NCBI GenBank assembly: GCA_951406725.2 | Contig: OX597820.1 | Coordinates: 124,248,001 to 124,312,000, forward strand | DNA length: 64,000 nt | Source: Octopus vulgaris | Taxonomy: Eukaryota | Direction: 5' to 3' | Shown: positions 26,465 to 38,351 of the stretch, piece by piece | Layout of the letters: each line of letters starts with the position of its first letter | Position numbering within the stretch: position 1 is the stretch's first letter | The notes under the pieces: model-generated | The model's input: only the letters and a program-made list of their open reading frames with translations | Told to the model about the DNA's origin: nothing | Database searches by the model: none | Program-made: the position numbers and the translations under genes

Positions 26465-29144
26465 TGTATGTATGTATTTATGTATATATGTATTTATATA
26501 CAGAGATCATGTATTCCAGAGGATATTTCAAGGCAAATGTCGGTGGAAAAGTCCAAGATTATTAAACACACCTAAAATAAACGCTTGATAATTCTTGATT
26601 ATTATTTGTAACATAAATATGCAAATAAATAAATGAATAAATAAATAAGTAAAAAGGAAATGGTACAAACATACAAACGATGGAAAGGTAAATGTAGATA
26701 TAACAGAAAGTTTTAGGCATTTGGTAAAGGGGAATAACTGAAGAAAGAAGCCAATAATTAATGAAAGGCAGAGACTAACACACTACGAAAGAATTGTGAG
26801 AAAATGAAATGTAATTTAAAATTCATGATATCTTAATGGAGAATTAGTTAGTCAAGGCAACATTTCCATAAATGTGTGCTTCGAATGACAATACATGTGT
26901 GCAAGAGTATATGCAAATGAACAAAATTGTCAGGAGATTTTTTGCATATGCGCTGACAAAAGACAAAACAACCTGGAAAACGCATCGAAAACGTCACTTG
27001 AAAGTGGAGGTTGTGTTAGCACACATAATACTTCGACCGTTGCCATGAGAGAACTTCCGATAGAGACTATTACATCACGTGATTTCTGCCCTTCAGTATT
27101 TACATTAGGAGAAAATTTAAGATCAGGTTACTCGAACTAATGGTGCACTGAAAAGCACACACATTGATACCACTCTCCCTCTTTTGCTGTTGGCTGCTCG
27201 TCATGACTATTCCGCCACATTAGGTAACTGGAACGGTCGCTTTTAAATAAATGTTACCTGGAATTACTTTGTTGAAGAAAAGGCTTCGAACAACTAGGCG
27301 TAGACCATAGCATGTGAGGTATAATAAAATACGCATATACGAAAATATATGGAAGAAGTTACAAAGAAACAAATTCAAAATGACTACGACTGCACCGAAA
27401 AGAAGCAACAATTAATGTCCCACACAATTTAGATAAACGAAACGGGACAAACGGTTAAATGTTGTTATAGCGAACGTGTTTTTTTCACATTGAAACGAAA
27501 CACAAGAATAACAAAAGTGAGAGAAAGAAATAAGAGACGAAAACATTGTGTTAAGAGGTATGAGGAATAACATATAAATGAGAAATACTTGTGCTCATGG
27601 ATCGTATCCAACATAATTAAATGAATAGCTTATATTAAAGATGTTGATAATTGATTCATTATATTTTTTACGATACGAGATATCTTCCTCAATATTAATT
27701 TAAAGAGACGTTCACGTACATTTAGTTAAGTACTTATACTGATGATGACTAAATTTTCTCTTTTACCTCTTAATTACTTCGATTCTTAATCTATTATTTA
27801 CTATTTCATCATCACCTCTTTCCACTCACTGCATATCTTTATATAATATTCTGCTTCTCAAAAAAACTTCTCATTTCTTTAAAGAAAAGTCTAGATATCC
27901 TATTAACTCACGAGAATCTTATTTTGCGATGTGGTCCTAAGTACAATAAGACTGCTATAAAATTGTTGTGAACGAGAAGTCCCTTCTAATCCTTAATTTT
28001 GTAAAAATTCAAAGTATTCTAATGAACCAGAGACCGGTCATTGAGCTAATATTTTTCATTACCGTGTTAGCCAAAACACCATCGTCCAGAATGCAATAAA
28101 TTCTCATAAACATCGTTTGATGCCCAGTAAATTTTGTCGTTAAATGTTATTAATTACCAATTTGCAATGGCTCAAATAGGAAGGCATCGTCTAAAATGGA
28201 ACCAACGTCCAAAATCATTTGGTTCTTATTTTTGTGCGAGTCATATTTGTATGTAACAAACGAGAACTATCAGAGTGAAAACACATTGAAAAAGTAATCG
28301 CGAAGCATATATATTCAAATAAACATCCTTAAGAGGTATAACTTATTTTGATATTTGCTGGATTTTTCTCTCCCTCTCTCATGTTGTTTACATTTATTAC
28401 GCAATAACACGTTATGCAAAATTATCGAGCAACCTGTTTTAACTGCCACTTAAAAATAATTATTAGTTTCAATAATTCTTGTGTCAAGGGAGATTTTGAG
28501 TGAGATAAGGTAATTTATTTTTTATTTACATGTTAAACGAAACTATTGTGTGCAAAGTTCGAAAAATTGTTAATTTTGTTTCATTCCCCAAGCATACATA
28601 TATTGTCATTTTACATCATGTTTGTGATGGGTAATTTCACACAACAACTGGAAATTGTTACAAAAACATTATAAAAATACATGTCATTATGCTTAAAGCA
28701 ATATTGAAAGAACACTGTGTATTTGCTTATGTCTTGGTTTATAAGTTAAAATACTTTTCGTTTAACTGAATGATGTAAAACACTTGGCATTAAATGTAAG
28801 TTAAAATGTCATTGAATTTAACTCTATTTTATTCGTTTATTAGCAAGTTATAATTTAATTTTCTCCAAATTATACGTTCGTCCATGAAAATCATTATTGC
28901 TCCAAGGGAAGGGGATATAGCATTTCTCTTAGCTAATTACTTCTTTTTCTACCTGGTTTTTAACTGTATTCTCCTAATAAAATAAAAATAAACAAATTGT
29001 CTCATTACTAAGTGACGGCGGAAAGTTATTGTCTTGGGAAATAATATACAGTGAGTTACTCAAAGAAATGTTGTATGTATTCCGTTCATCTATGTTCAAA
29101 TATTAATGGAATCATACTTGCAAACATTCTGCCTCCTCGTTTCA

Positions 29145-29156
29145 ATAATAATAATG

Positions 29157-29221
<65 letters not shown>
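29145..29221. repeat. (TAA)n microsatellite, target of R4/Dong-type LINEs
   Basis: Directly visible, abuts the LINE 5' truncation point. Confidence 0.95.
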
Positions 29222-29223
<2 letters not shown>

Positions 29224-30165
29224 TGATGAAACAACAAAAGCTATAAAACAAATGAAATCCAAACTAAAAATAGAACAGCAACGAACCATGATAAAACGAT
29301 GGCAAGAAAAGCCCCTTCATGGTAACTACTGGACTAAACTAAACGCAAAAAAAATAGACAAAGAAAAAATACCAGCAATGGTTGAGAAGCTCAGGACTCA
29401 AAGCAGACACATAGGGATTTTTAATTGCAGCACAAGACCAAAGCCTCCCCACCAGAAATTACCAAAAACATGTAATGAAAAGAAATATTACAAGTAACTG
29501 CAGAATATGTGGAGATGGACAAGAAACAATAAATCATATTATCTCTAGCTGCCCAGTCCTGGCTAAGAAGGAATATATTCACAGGCATGACAGAGTTGGA
29601 ACCTACATACATTGGAAGCTATGCCAACATTATGGAATAACAACAGAAAAAAGATGGTATAGGCACACACCAGAAAAGGTCACAGAAAACGAGAAAGCAA
29701 CCATACTCTGGGATATGCCGATACACACAGATAGAGAAATTTAGGCCAACAGGCCAGATATAGTTGTCAGAGATCATGAAGAAAAAAGATGCTTTCTAAT
29801 TGATGTATCAATACCGGCAGATGACAACATGTCTCTAAAAGAAATGGAGAAACTCTCAAAATACAAAGACCTGGAAATAGAGGTAACCAGAATGTGGAAT
29901 CTGAAAACAGAAACAATCTCTATCATAGTAAGTACATTAAGCATGATAAAAAAAATATTCAGACAAATACATAACAAAAACACCAGGACTTATAAACACA
30001 TATAACATACAGAAAATTGCACTACTAGGCACTGCACACATCCTACGCAGAACACTTTCCATACAGTAACCATCAGAGCATCACAAAAATCACAACACAT
30101 ACCCAAGGCACACAGAGCTGCGCTCGGTAGTGAAGTGAAAGCACGCTATAAAAATAAAACTACTG
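29222..30165 (+). mobile_element. 5'-truncated R4/Dong-type RLE LINE, subfamily A
   Basis: WQEKPLHG, CCHC knuckle CRICGDGQETINHIISSC, RHDRVG, ILWD, RPDIV..LIDVSIP..EKLSKYKDL; 3' UTR then (TAA)n; has frameshifts and stops. Confidence 0.93.
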
Positions 30166-30197
30166 AATAATAATAATAATGATAATAATAATAATAA

Positions 30198-30911
30198 CGG
30201 CATGATTGAAACAGTGGACCACCTAATCTCTGGATGTAAAGTCTTAGCACCAGTGAAGTATAAATTAAGACATGACAGAGTTGGCCAATATCTACACTGG
30301 CTAATAAGTCGGCATTGCAATATCAAAATTGCCGACAAGTGGTATAATCACCACCCTGAGGCTGTAACTGAAGGAGAAAATGTAACTATTCTGTGGGACT
30401 TTCCAGTACATACAGACCGAACCATCAAGGCCAATCAACCAGCTATTGTTGTGAAAGACCAAAACAATAAAGTTTGCTTATTGATCGACATGAGCATCCC
30501 CTGTGATCATAATATATCAGCGAAAGAGTTTGACAAGCTCAGAAAATATAAAGACCTACTCATTGAAATTGAGAAAATGTGGCATCTCAAGGCGGTTACA
30601 ATACCAGTGATCGTAGGAGCACTAGGAATGATCAAGAAGGGAACCGAAAATTATATGAGAATGATCCCTGGCTTACCAACCCTGCAAGAAGTGCAAATGA
30701 TTGTCTTAACTGGTACATCACACGTATTGAGAAGAGCATTGTTGATGTGAGAACTGTTGCTGCTCATGTATTTTAATTTAACTTTAAAAAAAATGAACGA
30801 ACTATTGAGTTTGGTTTAATGGCCTACCAATGTATACTATGAGTTTCTTTGCCCTAGGTGTCGGGAAGACACTCGGCAAGAAATGGAAGCAAATTTGAAA
30901 GAAGAAAAAAA

Positions 30912-30912
<1 letters not shown>
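30198..30912 (+). mobile_element. 5'-truncated R4/Dong-type RLE LINE, subfamily B (open 182-aa RLE C-terminus at 30202-30750)
   Basis: ETVDHLISGC..RHDRVG..ILWDFPVHTDRTIKANQPAIVV..LIDMSIP..KLRKYKDL..IPVIVGALG; different 3' UTR; (TAA)n on both sides. Confidence 0.93.
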
Positions 30913-30944
<32 letters not shown>

Positions 30945-30945
30945 T

Positions 30946-31870
30946 CACTTGTCAAACAAAATTCGAAACTGTGGCTGTCCCATGAACTAAAGAGAGTGAA
31001 TTTTGCAGTACTTTTAATGCAGATTCCAAATCTGTTTTTAGAATTTTTCTATCAGGCAGGGTTTTTTATGTGACATATTAATAAGATTTTACAATAAGAT
31101 TACTATAATCATAGCTGGTCAATAGAATTAATGAAAAATCCTTTCCCTCAAATAAAAATATGTGAAGTTAATAGCATTTTATCAGCAGAATTCAAGTGTA
31201 TTTCTTAGTCTGTGGTAACATATGGAAATTGCTAAACAATTGAATTTCGTGAATTCAAACATCAGGCTGGTATTTCAAGGAAACCTACCTTTAAGAAGTG
31301 GAAGCGTATGATTTTCGACTGTATTGAGAGTCGGAAACGTCCCGTTTTAGTGACGAAAAATAATTAGCCAACGTAAAATAGCTCCACCTTCCTTGGCACC
31401 GGGTTTCCAGGTTCAGAATGTCCTTGTGTAACTTCTCACCGCATTTGTCATTTACAGCCACAATATTTGCAGAGAAAAGTCCAAGTGAGAGTTCAAGAAA
31501 TGAATTAGGCTCATATCGCATTCCAAGACCTTTTATGATGTCCGTAGCTCTTTCAAAATGTCAGAATAGTTTCCTGCTCTGTGATTTCCTCCAAACTATT
31601 TGCAAGCATTCTTAAATGACGGCCACACAACTTTTTCAACATCACTGAGCTCTTCATCACACTTTTGGGCTGTCACCAGCTCCCTAATCTGTAGCCCAAC
31701 AAAACAAAAATAACCTTTCTTGAATTTTGCGTCACTCACGGAAATTTATTTGAAATACGTGAATCCCATGCCAGTTCTATCAACCCAAACTTAATATGCA
31801 AAAGAGGCAGATAAATTTTCTCAGAATCAACAAGTGGTAGATTGCTCGGCCGCATATTCTTTTCATAATG
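30946..31870 (-). mobile_element. Decayed DNA transposon 3' part, Chapaev(3)-like transposase
   Basis: PLVDSEKIYLPLLHIKFG, SDAKFKKG..VGLQIREL, NIVAVNDKCGEKLHKDI..RCQGRW..LANY..LKRD (cf. SDEHGERFHQD); terminus begins CAC. Confidence 0.7.
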
Positions 31871-31901
31871 ATTTTTCTTATCCTAAGTGTCCCACTCACA
31901 C

Positions 31902-32030
<129 letters not shown>

Positions 32031-32049
32031 ATGATTATAATAATAAACG

Positions 32050-32405
32050 AAATAGTATGCCTCGGTGAAAACAGGATCATGACAAAGCATTCCCCTGTGA
32101 CAGCAGGATAATATAAAAGAAGAAAAAACTAAAAAAACAATGACGATTTGATGTGGGAAATACGAAGGGGTCAATGAATAGAGCAGGCGCGATACCAATA
32201 GTAGCTAGTGCACTTGGAAGTATCAGCACTCAGCTACCAGCGTGGCTGAAAAAGATTGATGTAAGTGTGAACGTAGAACACCTACAAAAATCAACATTTC
32301 TAGGAACTGCAAGAATTCTTAATCAAGTTTCACCCCTGTCTGCTGGCTGTGGAGAGCAGACACTTCCCATCATACCCAGCAAAATAAGCTTCTTTTAAAA
32401 AAATA
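32050..32405 (+). mobile_element. R4/Dong-type LINE extreme 3' fragment (third subfamily)
   Basis: IPIVASALGSI...LQKSTFLGTARIL C-terminal motif; flanked by TAA repeats. Confidence 0.75.
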
Positions 32406-33495
32406 TATAATAATAACATTAATAATAATGGTACCATATGTTGGCACATGGTCAGCAAGTTCTAGAAAATTGACCCCAATGTTCAACTAGTACTTACTTC
32501 ATTGGCTCGGAAGTGGTGGAAATGTTAAGTCGACCCCTTAAAGACGGACAAAACATCGCCCGGCATTTTTCCCAGCGTGCTAGCGATTCTGCCGGGTCGC
32601 TGCCTTAATTGGACTGTGGATATAATCGCTTTGCTAGGGAGTGTTTTTCTGATATTCACTCTTATATTCATTCTTTATATTAGGTTAGCACCTCATATTG
32701 AGTCTTTTGAATCTAGTTTTAGCATTACTATGACTTTGCTCACCTCATTATCTGGAAATTTTGTTTTATCTATGAGGTATTTTGCAAGAGTTGAGTGAAT
32801 GATATATTCGGGCCTCAGTTGTTTAGGAATATTTTACTGATTTTATCAGCCCCTTCCAATGATGAGTTTTACATTTTTCTTTAGCTGTTTCAGTGTTTGT
32901 TGACAATGAATATAAAGAAATCTAATACAAAGTAAGATAAACAAGTATGCATGTAATTTTTGTTTTCCTTTAACCATAATATTCTGGTGATATGGTGTAC
33001 TACATACTTTATTTGCATTGATTTTCAATATTCAATTGTATCGTATAATATGTAGCTTGCGTATTAATGAAAATATTTAAACATAATATATTCCACACTG
33101 AAATTATTACACGAAGAAGTCTGCGAAATTGCCGAAATCCTAAGATTATCGAGTGGTTAAATAAACATATTCACTGCAAAAATTGATTAATAAATCCAGG
33201 CAACACTAAATCACTCAGTGTCAACCGAACTTGGTTAACTCTATCAAGCATTAAGATAGCAATGAAGTCAAATAAAATTAACGTCCGTGTACTATCTTGT
33301 GTATGATAAGTAGATCCAAATATCGCACAGAAAAATTCCAGGAAATCATGAGCATATGACACCATGAAACAGAATGGCGAAATGACATTTTAATAGATGA
33401 TTGTGCCATACATTACCGACGATCGTTTGTATTGAGCTAGTATTTTTAAGTATAGCATAAAAGGTACAGAATATCAGTAAAGCTAATATATCCGA

Positions 33496-34402
33496 AAATT
33501 TATGCTAACCCAATGTTACCAGGTTAAATTTATGCTAACCCAATGTTACCATGTTAAATTTATGCTAACCCAATGTTACCAGGTTAAATTTATGCTAACC
33601 CAATTTTACCAGGTTAAATTTATGCTAACCCAATGTTACCAGGTTAAATTTATACTAACCCAATGTTACCAGGTTAAATTTATGCTAACCCAATGTTACC
33701 AGGTTAAATTTATGCTAACCCAATGTTACCAGGTTAAATTTATGCTAACCTAATTTTACCAGGTTAAATTTATACTAACCCAATGTTACCAGGTTAAATT
33801 TATGCTAACCCAATGTTAATAGGTTAAATTTACGCTAACCTAATTTTACCAGGTTAAATTTATGCTAACCCAAAGTTACAAGGTTAAATTTATACTAACC
33901 CAATGTTACCAGGTTAAATTTATGCTAACCTAATTTTACCAGTTTAAATTTATGCTAACACAATTTTACCAGGTTAAATTTATATTAACCCAATGTTACC
34001 AGGTTAAATCTATACTAACCCAATTTTACCAGGTTAAATTTCTGCTAATCCAATGTTACCAGGTTAAATTTCTGCTAACCCAATGTTACCAGGTTAAATT
34101 TATACTAACCTAATTTTAACAGCTTAAATTTATGCTAACCTAATTTTACCAGGTTAAATTTCTGCTAACCCAATGTTACCAGGTTAAATTTAGGCTAACC
34201 CAATGTTACCAGGTTAAATTTATACTAACATAATTTTAACAGCTTAAATTTATGCTAACCTAATTTTACCAGGTTAAATTTCTGCTAACCCAATGTTACC
34301 AGGTTAAATTTAGGCTAACCCAATGTTACCAGGTTAAATTTATACTAACCTAATTTTAACAGCTTAAATTTATGCTAACCCAATGTTACCAGGTTAAATT
34401 TA
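33496..34402. repeat. 30-bp minisatellite, ~30 copies (AAATTTATGCTAACCCAATGTTACCAGGTT)
   Basis: Exact 30-nt periodicity visible in the 60-nt lines; point variants only, no spacers. Confidence 0.98.
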
Positions 34403-34409
34403 CATTGAA

Positions 34410-34905
34410 CTGAGCTGACCTTTACATGAAGACATGTAAAAACAACGTTAAGAAGAAATATATTAGCATACATTTTCGGACATGTTGGTTTGACTGATAT
34501 TCTGTACTGCTTTTCTGAATCTAAATATGCCGGCGTAAACGAATGAATGGAGTATTTATCATGGTAATAACAGGAATAGAAAAAATGCTTTGAGAAAGAA
34601 TTCGCTAAAAAATTATGACCATTTACACTTCCATCATAGCGGCTAAGAAGTTGAATCTTTGTGCTGGGGTTTAGACTCATTGATTTTAACAGCTGAAGCT
34701 TCCTGGGCACAGTACACTAACGTATTATTGATGTTGATTGACTTCATAAGCCTTGGCAGTAAATCTGAATGGTGTTTCGTGCAAGGATTTGTTCCACAAA
34801 TTTCACAACAGATTTCAAATACGACAGATATGTCAGCCAAGATGGATTTACAACAGCACAGCGACAAACGTAATTATCCTTCCTTCAACTGGCCACTGAG
34901 TTGAT
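34410..34905 (-). mobile_element. Mutator-like transposase remnant
   Basis: FEICCEICG...SININNTLVYCAQE followed by RYDGSVNGHN (cf. VSxDGxWxKRGH of Mutator-like transposases). Confidence 0.45.
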
Positions 34906-35317
34906 GTATGTATGCATGTATGCATTTATGTATGTATGTATGCATGTATATATGTATGTGTGTATGTATGTATGCATAGGTGTGCATGTATACCTATATA
35001 CTTATATATATGTATACATGTATATATATATATATAAACACACACAGATATATATATATAAATATATATAAGCGGCAACGAGAAACTCAGAGTAACAGAT
35101 TTTGTTGAATATTCTGCTGCTTAAAAAAAAGTATATATATATATACATATATCGAAGAAAAAATTATTCAATAATGCAATACATCAGTATTACTTCGCAG
35201 TAAAACAAAACACCATCAGGTTAAAGTATAAATGTATGATAATGGTACAACAATGCACCAATTTTACTGGAAATAGCAGACGATGATATATGAATTTATA
35301 GTAAGTTTCATTGTTTC

Positions 35318-35360
<43 letters not shown>

Positions 35361-35362
<2 letters not shown>

Positions 35363-35593
35363 TTTGGCAAAGACGTTTGCGGCCGAGAAAAACAGAATAT
35401 TCTATCTTATCTGTAGCAGAACATTAAATAAATGTACAACCCAGTTGCAGATAATCTAGGACCTATATTTCGAACTTTCAAAACTCCGATTGCTAACGTA
35501 AATTTGATTAGTTCACTTCGGCTAAATTCGCCTAGACAAAATTACAGGTGAGATGAAACGTATTATGTTCGCCGCCCCCAAACGTCTTTGTCA

Positions 35594-35595
<2 letters not shown>
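35361..35595. mobile_element. ~235-bp foldback/MITE-like element in (TA)n
   Basis: TGGCAAAGACGTTTGCGGCCG mirrors CGCCCCCAAACGTCTTTGTCA; looser inverted match continues ~60 bp inward; (TA)n on both sides. Confidence 0.75.
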
Positions 35596-35629
<34 letters not shown>

Positions 35630-35880
35630 TTAATAAGGGTGAGAGAATTAGATACTAATTTAATAGTATATTTATTCAACACCAAGTGGCCTAGTGCTTA
35701 ATTGATTATAATTATGCTGCATTTATTTCTAAATGCTGTATTTGTTTTCCGTGAAAGTTTGGCGCGCTGTTGGTTGGGGCATTTGAATTATAACGTCGGA
35801 TGTAATCAATTGAACCACACGCGTATTTATCGTTATGGTAAAATCTGGCGTGTGATTGAGTGGATTTCATCCAGATAGTC

Positions 35881-35958
35881 TTGGCTGACGAGCTACAAAT
35901 GGATTTTTTTGTAAGTAAAATTACATTTAATTCATTAATAGCGAAACAATTGTCCCAA
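35881..35958 (+). ncRNA. Type I hammerhead ribozyme, copy 1 (predicted cleavage after GTC at 35954)
   Basis: TTGG-CTGACGA-GCTA...TAGC-GAAAC-AATT-GTC-CCAA; canonical core, extended stem II (AATGGATT/AATTCATT, TGTAA/TTACA), palindromic stem III ACAATTGT. Confidence 0.85.
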
Positions 35959-36415
35959 AATAATCTGTATTTTTGTTATTTTTTATTTGCCCTGTCCGTG
36001 TGAGCTAACAATCGTACTGACTTTCATGGTAAGCATGTATTTTCGTGGTTGAAACCTTTTGGATTAACTGGTGCTAGAGTGAGCAATATAGTGACCACTC
36101 TCTTATATTTATTTTGTAAAAATATTATAATATGTTATAAAATATTATAATAATCCAGGTTTCTCGAAGCACTAGGCCACTTGGTGTTGAATAAATATAC
36201 TATTAAATTAGTATCTAATTCTCTCACCCTTATTAATTAATTATAATTATGCTGCATTTATTTCTAAATGCTGTATTTGTTTTCCGTGAAAGTTTGGCGC
36301 GCTGTTGGTTGGGGCATTTGAATTATAACGTCGGATGTAATCAATTGAACCACACGCGTATTTATCGTTATGGTAAAATCTGGCGTGTGATTGAGTGGAT
36401 TTCATCCAGATAGTC

Positions 36416-36494
36416 TTGGCTGACGAGCTACAAATGGATTTTTTTTGTAAGTAAAATTACATTTAATTCATTAATAGCGAAACAATTGTCCCAA
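36416..36494 (+). ncRNA. Type I hammerhead ribozyme, copy 2 (predicted cleavage after GTC at 36490)
   Basis: Same as copy 1 with one extra T in the stem II T-run. Confidence 0.85.
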
Positions 36495-36681
36495 AATAAT
36501 CTGTATTTTTGTTATTTTTTATTTGCCCTGTCCGTGTGAGCTAACAATCGTACTGACTTTCATGGTAAGCATGTATTTTCGTGGTTGAAACCTTTTGGAT
36601 TAACTGGTGCTAGAGTGAGCAATATAGTGACCACTCTCTTATATTTATATTATATTATATTATATATATATATATATATAT

Positions 36682-36801
36682 ACGACGGGCTTCTTTTCAA
36701 TTTCCGTCTACCAAATCCACTCACAAGGCATTGATCGGCCCGGGGCTATAGCAGAAGACCCTTGCCCAAGATGCCACGCAGTGGGACTGAACCCGCAACC
36801 A
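36682..36801 (-). mobile_element. Family-1 SINE fragment
   Basis: Minus strand GCGGGTTCAGTCCCACTGCGTGGCATCTTGGGCAAG...GGATTTGGTAGACGGAAA. Confidence 0.85.
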
Positions 36802-36803
36802 TA

Positions 36804-36860
<57 letters not shown>

Positions 36861-36879
36861 ACATGTGTGTATGTGTGTT

Positions 36880-37585
36880 CTACCCAGCGCTTAGGAAGAC
36901 AAGTGTTGTCAGTCAGAAGCAAACTTCGATTCGCTGTTCTCACTGTCACTGGAGCTTTCATTCCACCATTCCTGTTTAATTTTCACCAGAGCAGTCTGCC
37001 CTTTCCTTTTCAGCTTTCTGTAAGATTCGTTTGAGTTGGGATTCAAGAACTGAGACAGAATTGTTTTGCCTAGGTTTAGTTTTTCTAAAGTAGATCATGA
37101 ATTTCTGCTGATCTAGCTGAGAACCCGACACTGGACTTATATGATTTAAATCCTACTGACGAAATTGCAGCCTGAAATACTTTTGTTTTTAAATCTTCCC
37201 ATACATTGTTTGTGTCAAGATTGATAGCTTCTATGGCATCGTGTAATCTTTGCAAGTTGTATGATAATTTAAAGTTAGCAACATTAAACTTTTTGGGTAG
37301 CTTAGGACCAGAATGTCGATTTTTAAGCATTATCGAAAAATCTATTTTTCAACGTACTAGATGATGGTCTGTCTAGCTCTCTGCCCCTCTCATGGCCTGA
37401 AAGCTAGAAATGTCTTTCATATCACGTATAATCTATGTGATGCCGGTGTTTAGAACTTGGCTGCATCCAGGTGGTTTATAATATTCTCAGTACAAAATGT
37501 CAAGAGAGCTATGTCATGAAACATAGTCCTTTCCAACCCATGCATTGAAATCTCCCAATATGACCAAACACAGATGGTCTTACTT
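36880..37585 (-). mobile_element. RTE(-BovB-like) LINE, AP-endonuclease end and linker, inverted relative to the adjoining 3' part
   Basis: Minus strand ILGDFNAWVG, TWMQPSSKHRHHIDY, AMRGAES*TDHHLV, LPKKFNVANFK. Confidence 0.75.
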
Positions 37586-38240
37586 CTGCAGGCATCACTT
37601 CAATTAAAGCTATGATTTTCAGGAACCAAATGCGGGTGGTGTGGCCATATTCTTCAAATGGTTGATGAACATATGCCGAAACAGCAATTTTATGTTGCGC
37701 TTGCAGAAGTGAAACACTATCGATGTAAACCTAAAAAAATTATTAAGGACGGCGTAAGGTCTACTATGCAGTCACCTTGAATGGTCCAGAAGACATAGAA
37801 ACCCTTGCTTCTGATCGCGTTGGATGGCGAACAAATGTGTGGAGTGGAGTGGAAGCCATTTAAGAGGCTAGGATAACGCATGTAAGACTCAAAAGAGATC
37901 TAAGGAAGAATGTAATGATCGAGAAGGTGAATGACAATGACAGCTTTGTGTGCCAGTCTGTGACAGACCATGCCTGCCTTTTGCTGGGCTCAAATATCGT
38001 CTGCGAACTCACGGAAAACGAACCTCCACCAACTATTCTGCACATACGTCTCTGCATACCTTTGAATGCGGTGTATGCCAGAAGGTTTGCAAATGCAACG
38101 GAGGCCTCAAAGGACATTTTAAGTTTCACATAGATCAGAAATCATTTGCAGTTCTTCGTAGTCCTAATCGGGTGTCCAATCTGTGTAGGTGTCTTTTTAG
38201 AACATTCTCTAGTTTGAAAAGCTACATCAGATGCTAAGGT
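37586..38240 (+). mobile_element. RTE(-BovB-like) LINE 3' end with C2H2-like zinc fingers
   Basis: RWCGHILQMVDEHMPKQ, IETLASDRVGWR..VWSG, CDRPC..AGLKYRLRTH, FECGVCQKVCKCNGGLKGHFKFH. Confidence 0.8.
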
Positions 38241-38351
38241 GTATGTACAGCAAGTAGTCAAACAATACATAAGGCATAGACAGCAAACATACACACACAC
38301 ATACATACACACATAAACAAACATTCACACACACATACACACATACATATA

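Larger units (their letters stand above)
35621..36650 (+). mobile_element. Non-coding partial-tandem element with two hammerheads (retrozyme-like / non-autonomous PLE)
   Basis: Direct repeats 35706-~36112 and 36241-~36649 nearly identical; 35621-35699 is the reverse complement of 36167-36245; (TA)n flanks; no ORF in the track. Confidence 0.88.

Noticed and set aside
26895-27140. 81-aa Cys-containing ORF as exon 2 of the secreted-protein candidate
   Set aside because: No convincing phase-compatible acceptor and no recognisable domain.
33496-34402. Regular 30-bp repeats as a CRISPR array, or as the (MLTQCYQVKF)n repeat protein
   Set aside because: Head-to-tail units with no unique spacers, no cas genes, eukaryotic context; variant units introduce stops.
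36010-36060. SECIS-like element in the hammerhead cassette (TGAC...AA...GA)
   Set aside because: Helix II pairing is poor and the quartet is non-canonical; no associated ORF.
37950-38237. Host C2H2 zinc-finger gene
   Set aside because: Contiguous with the RTE LINE C-terminus, degenerate, lacking TGEKP linkers.
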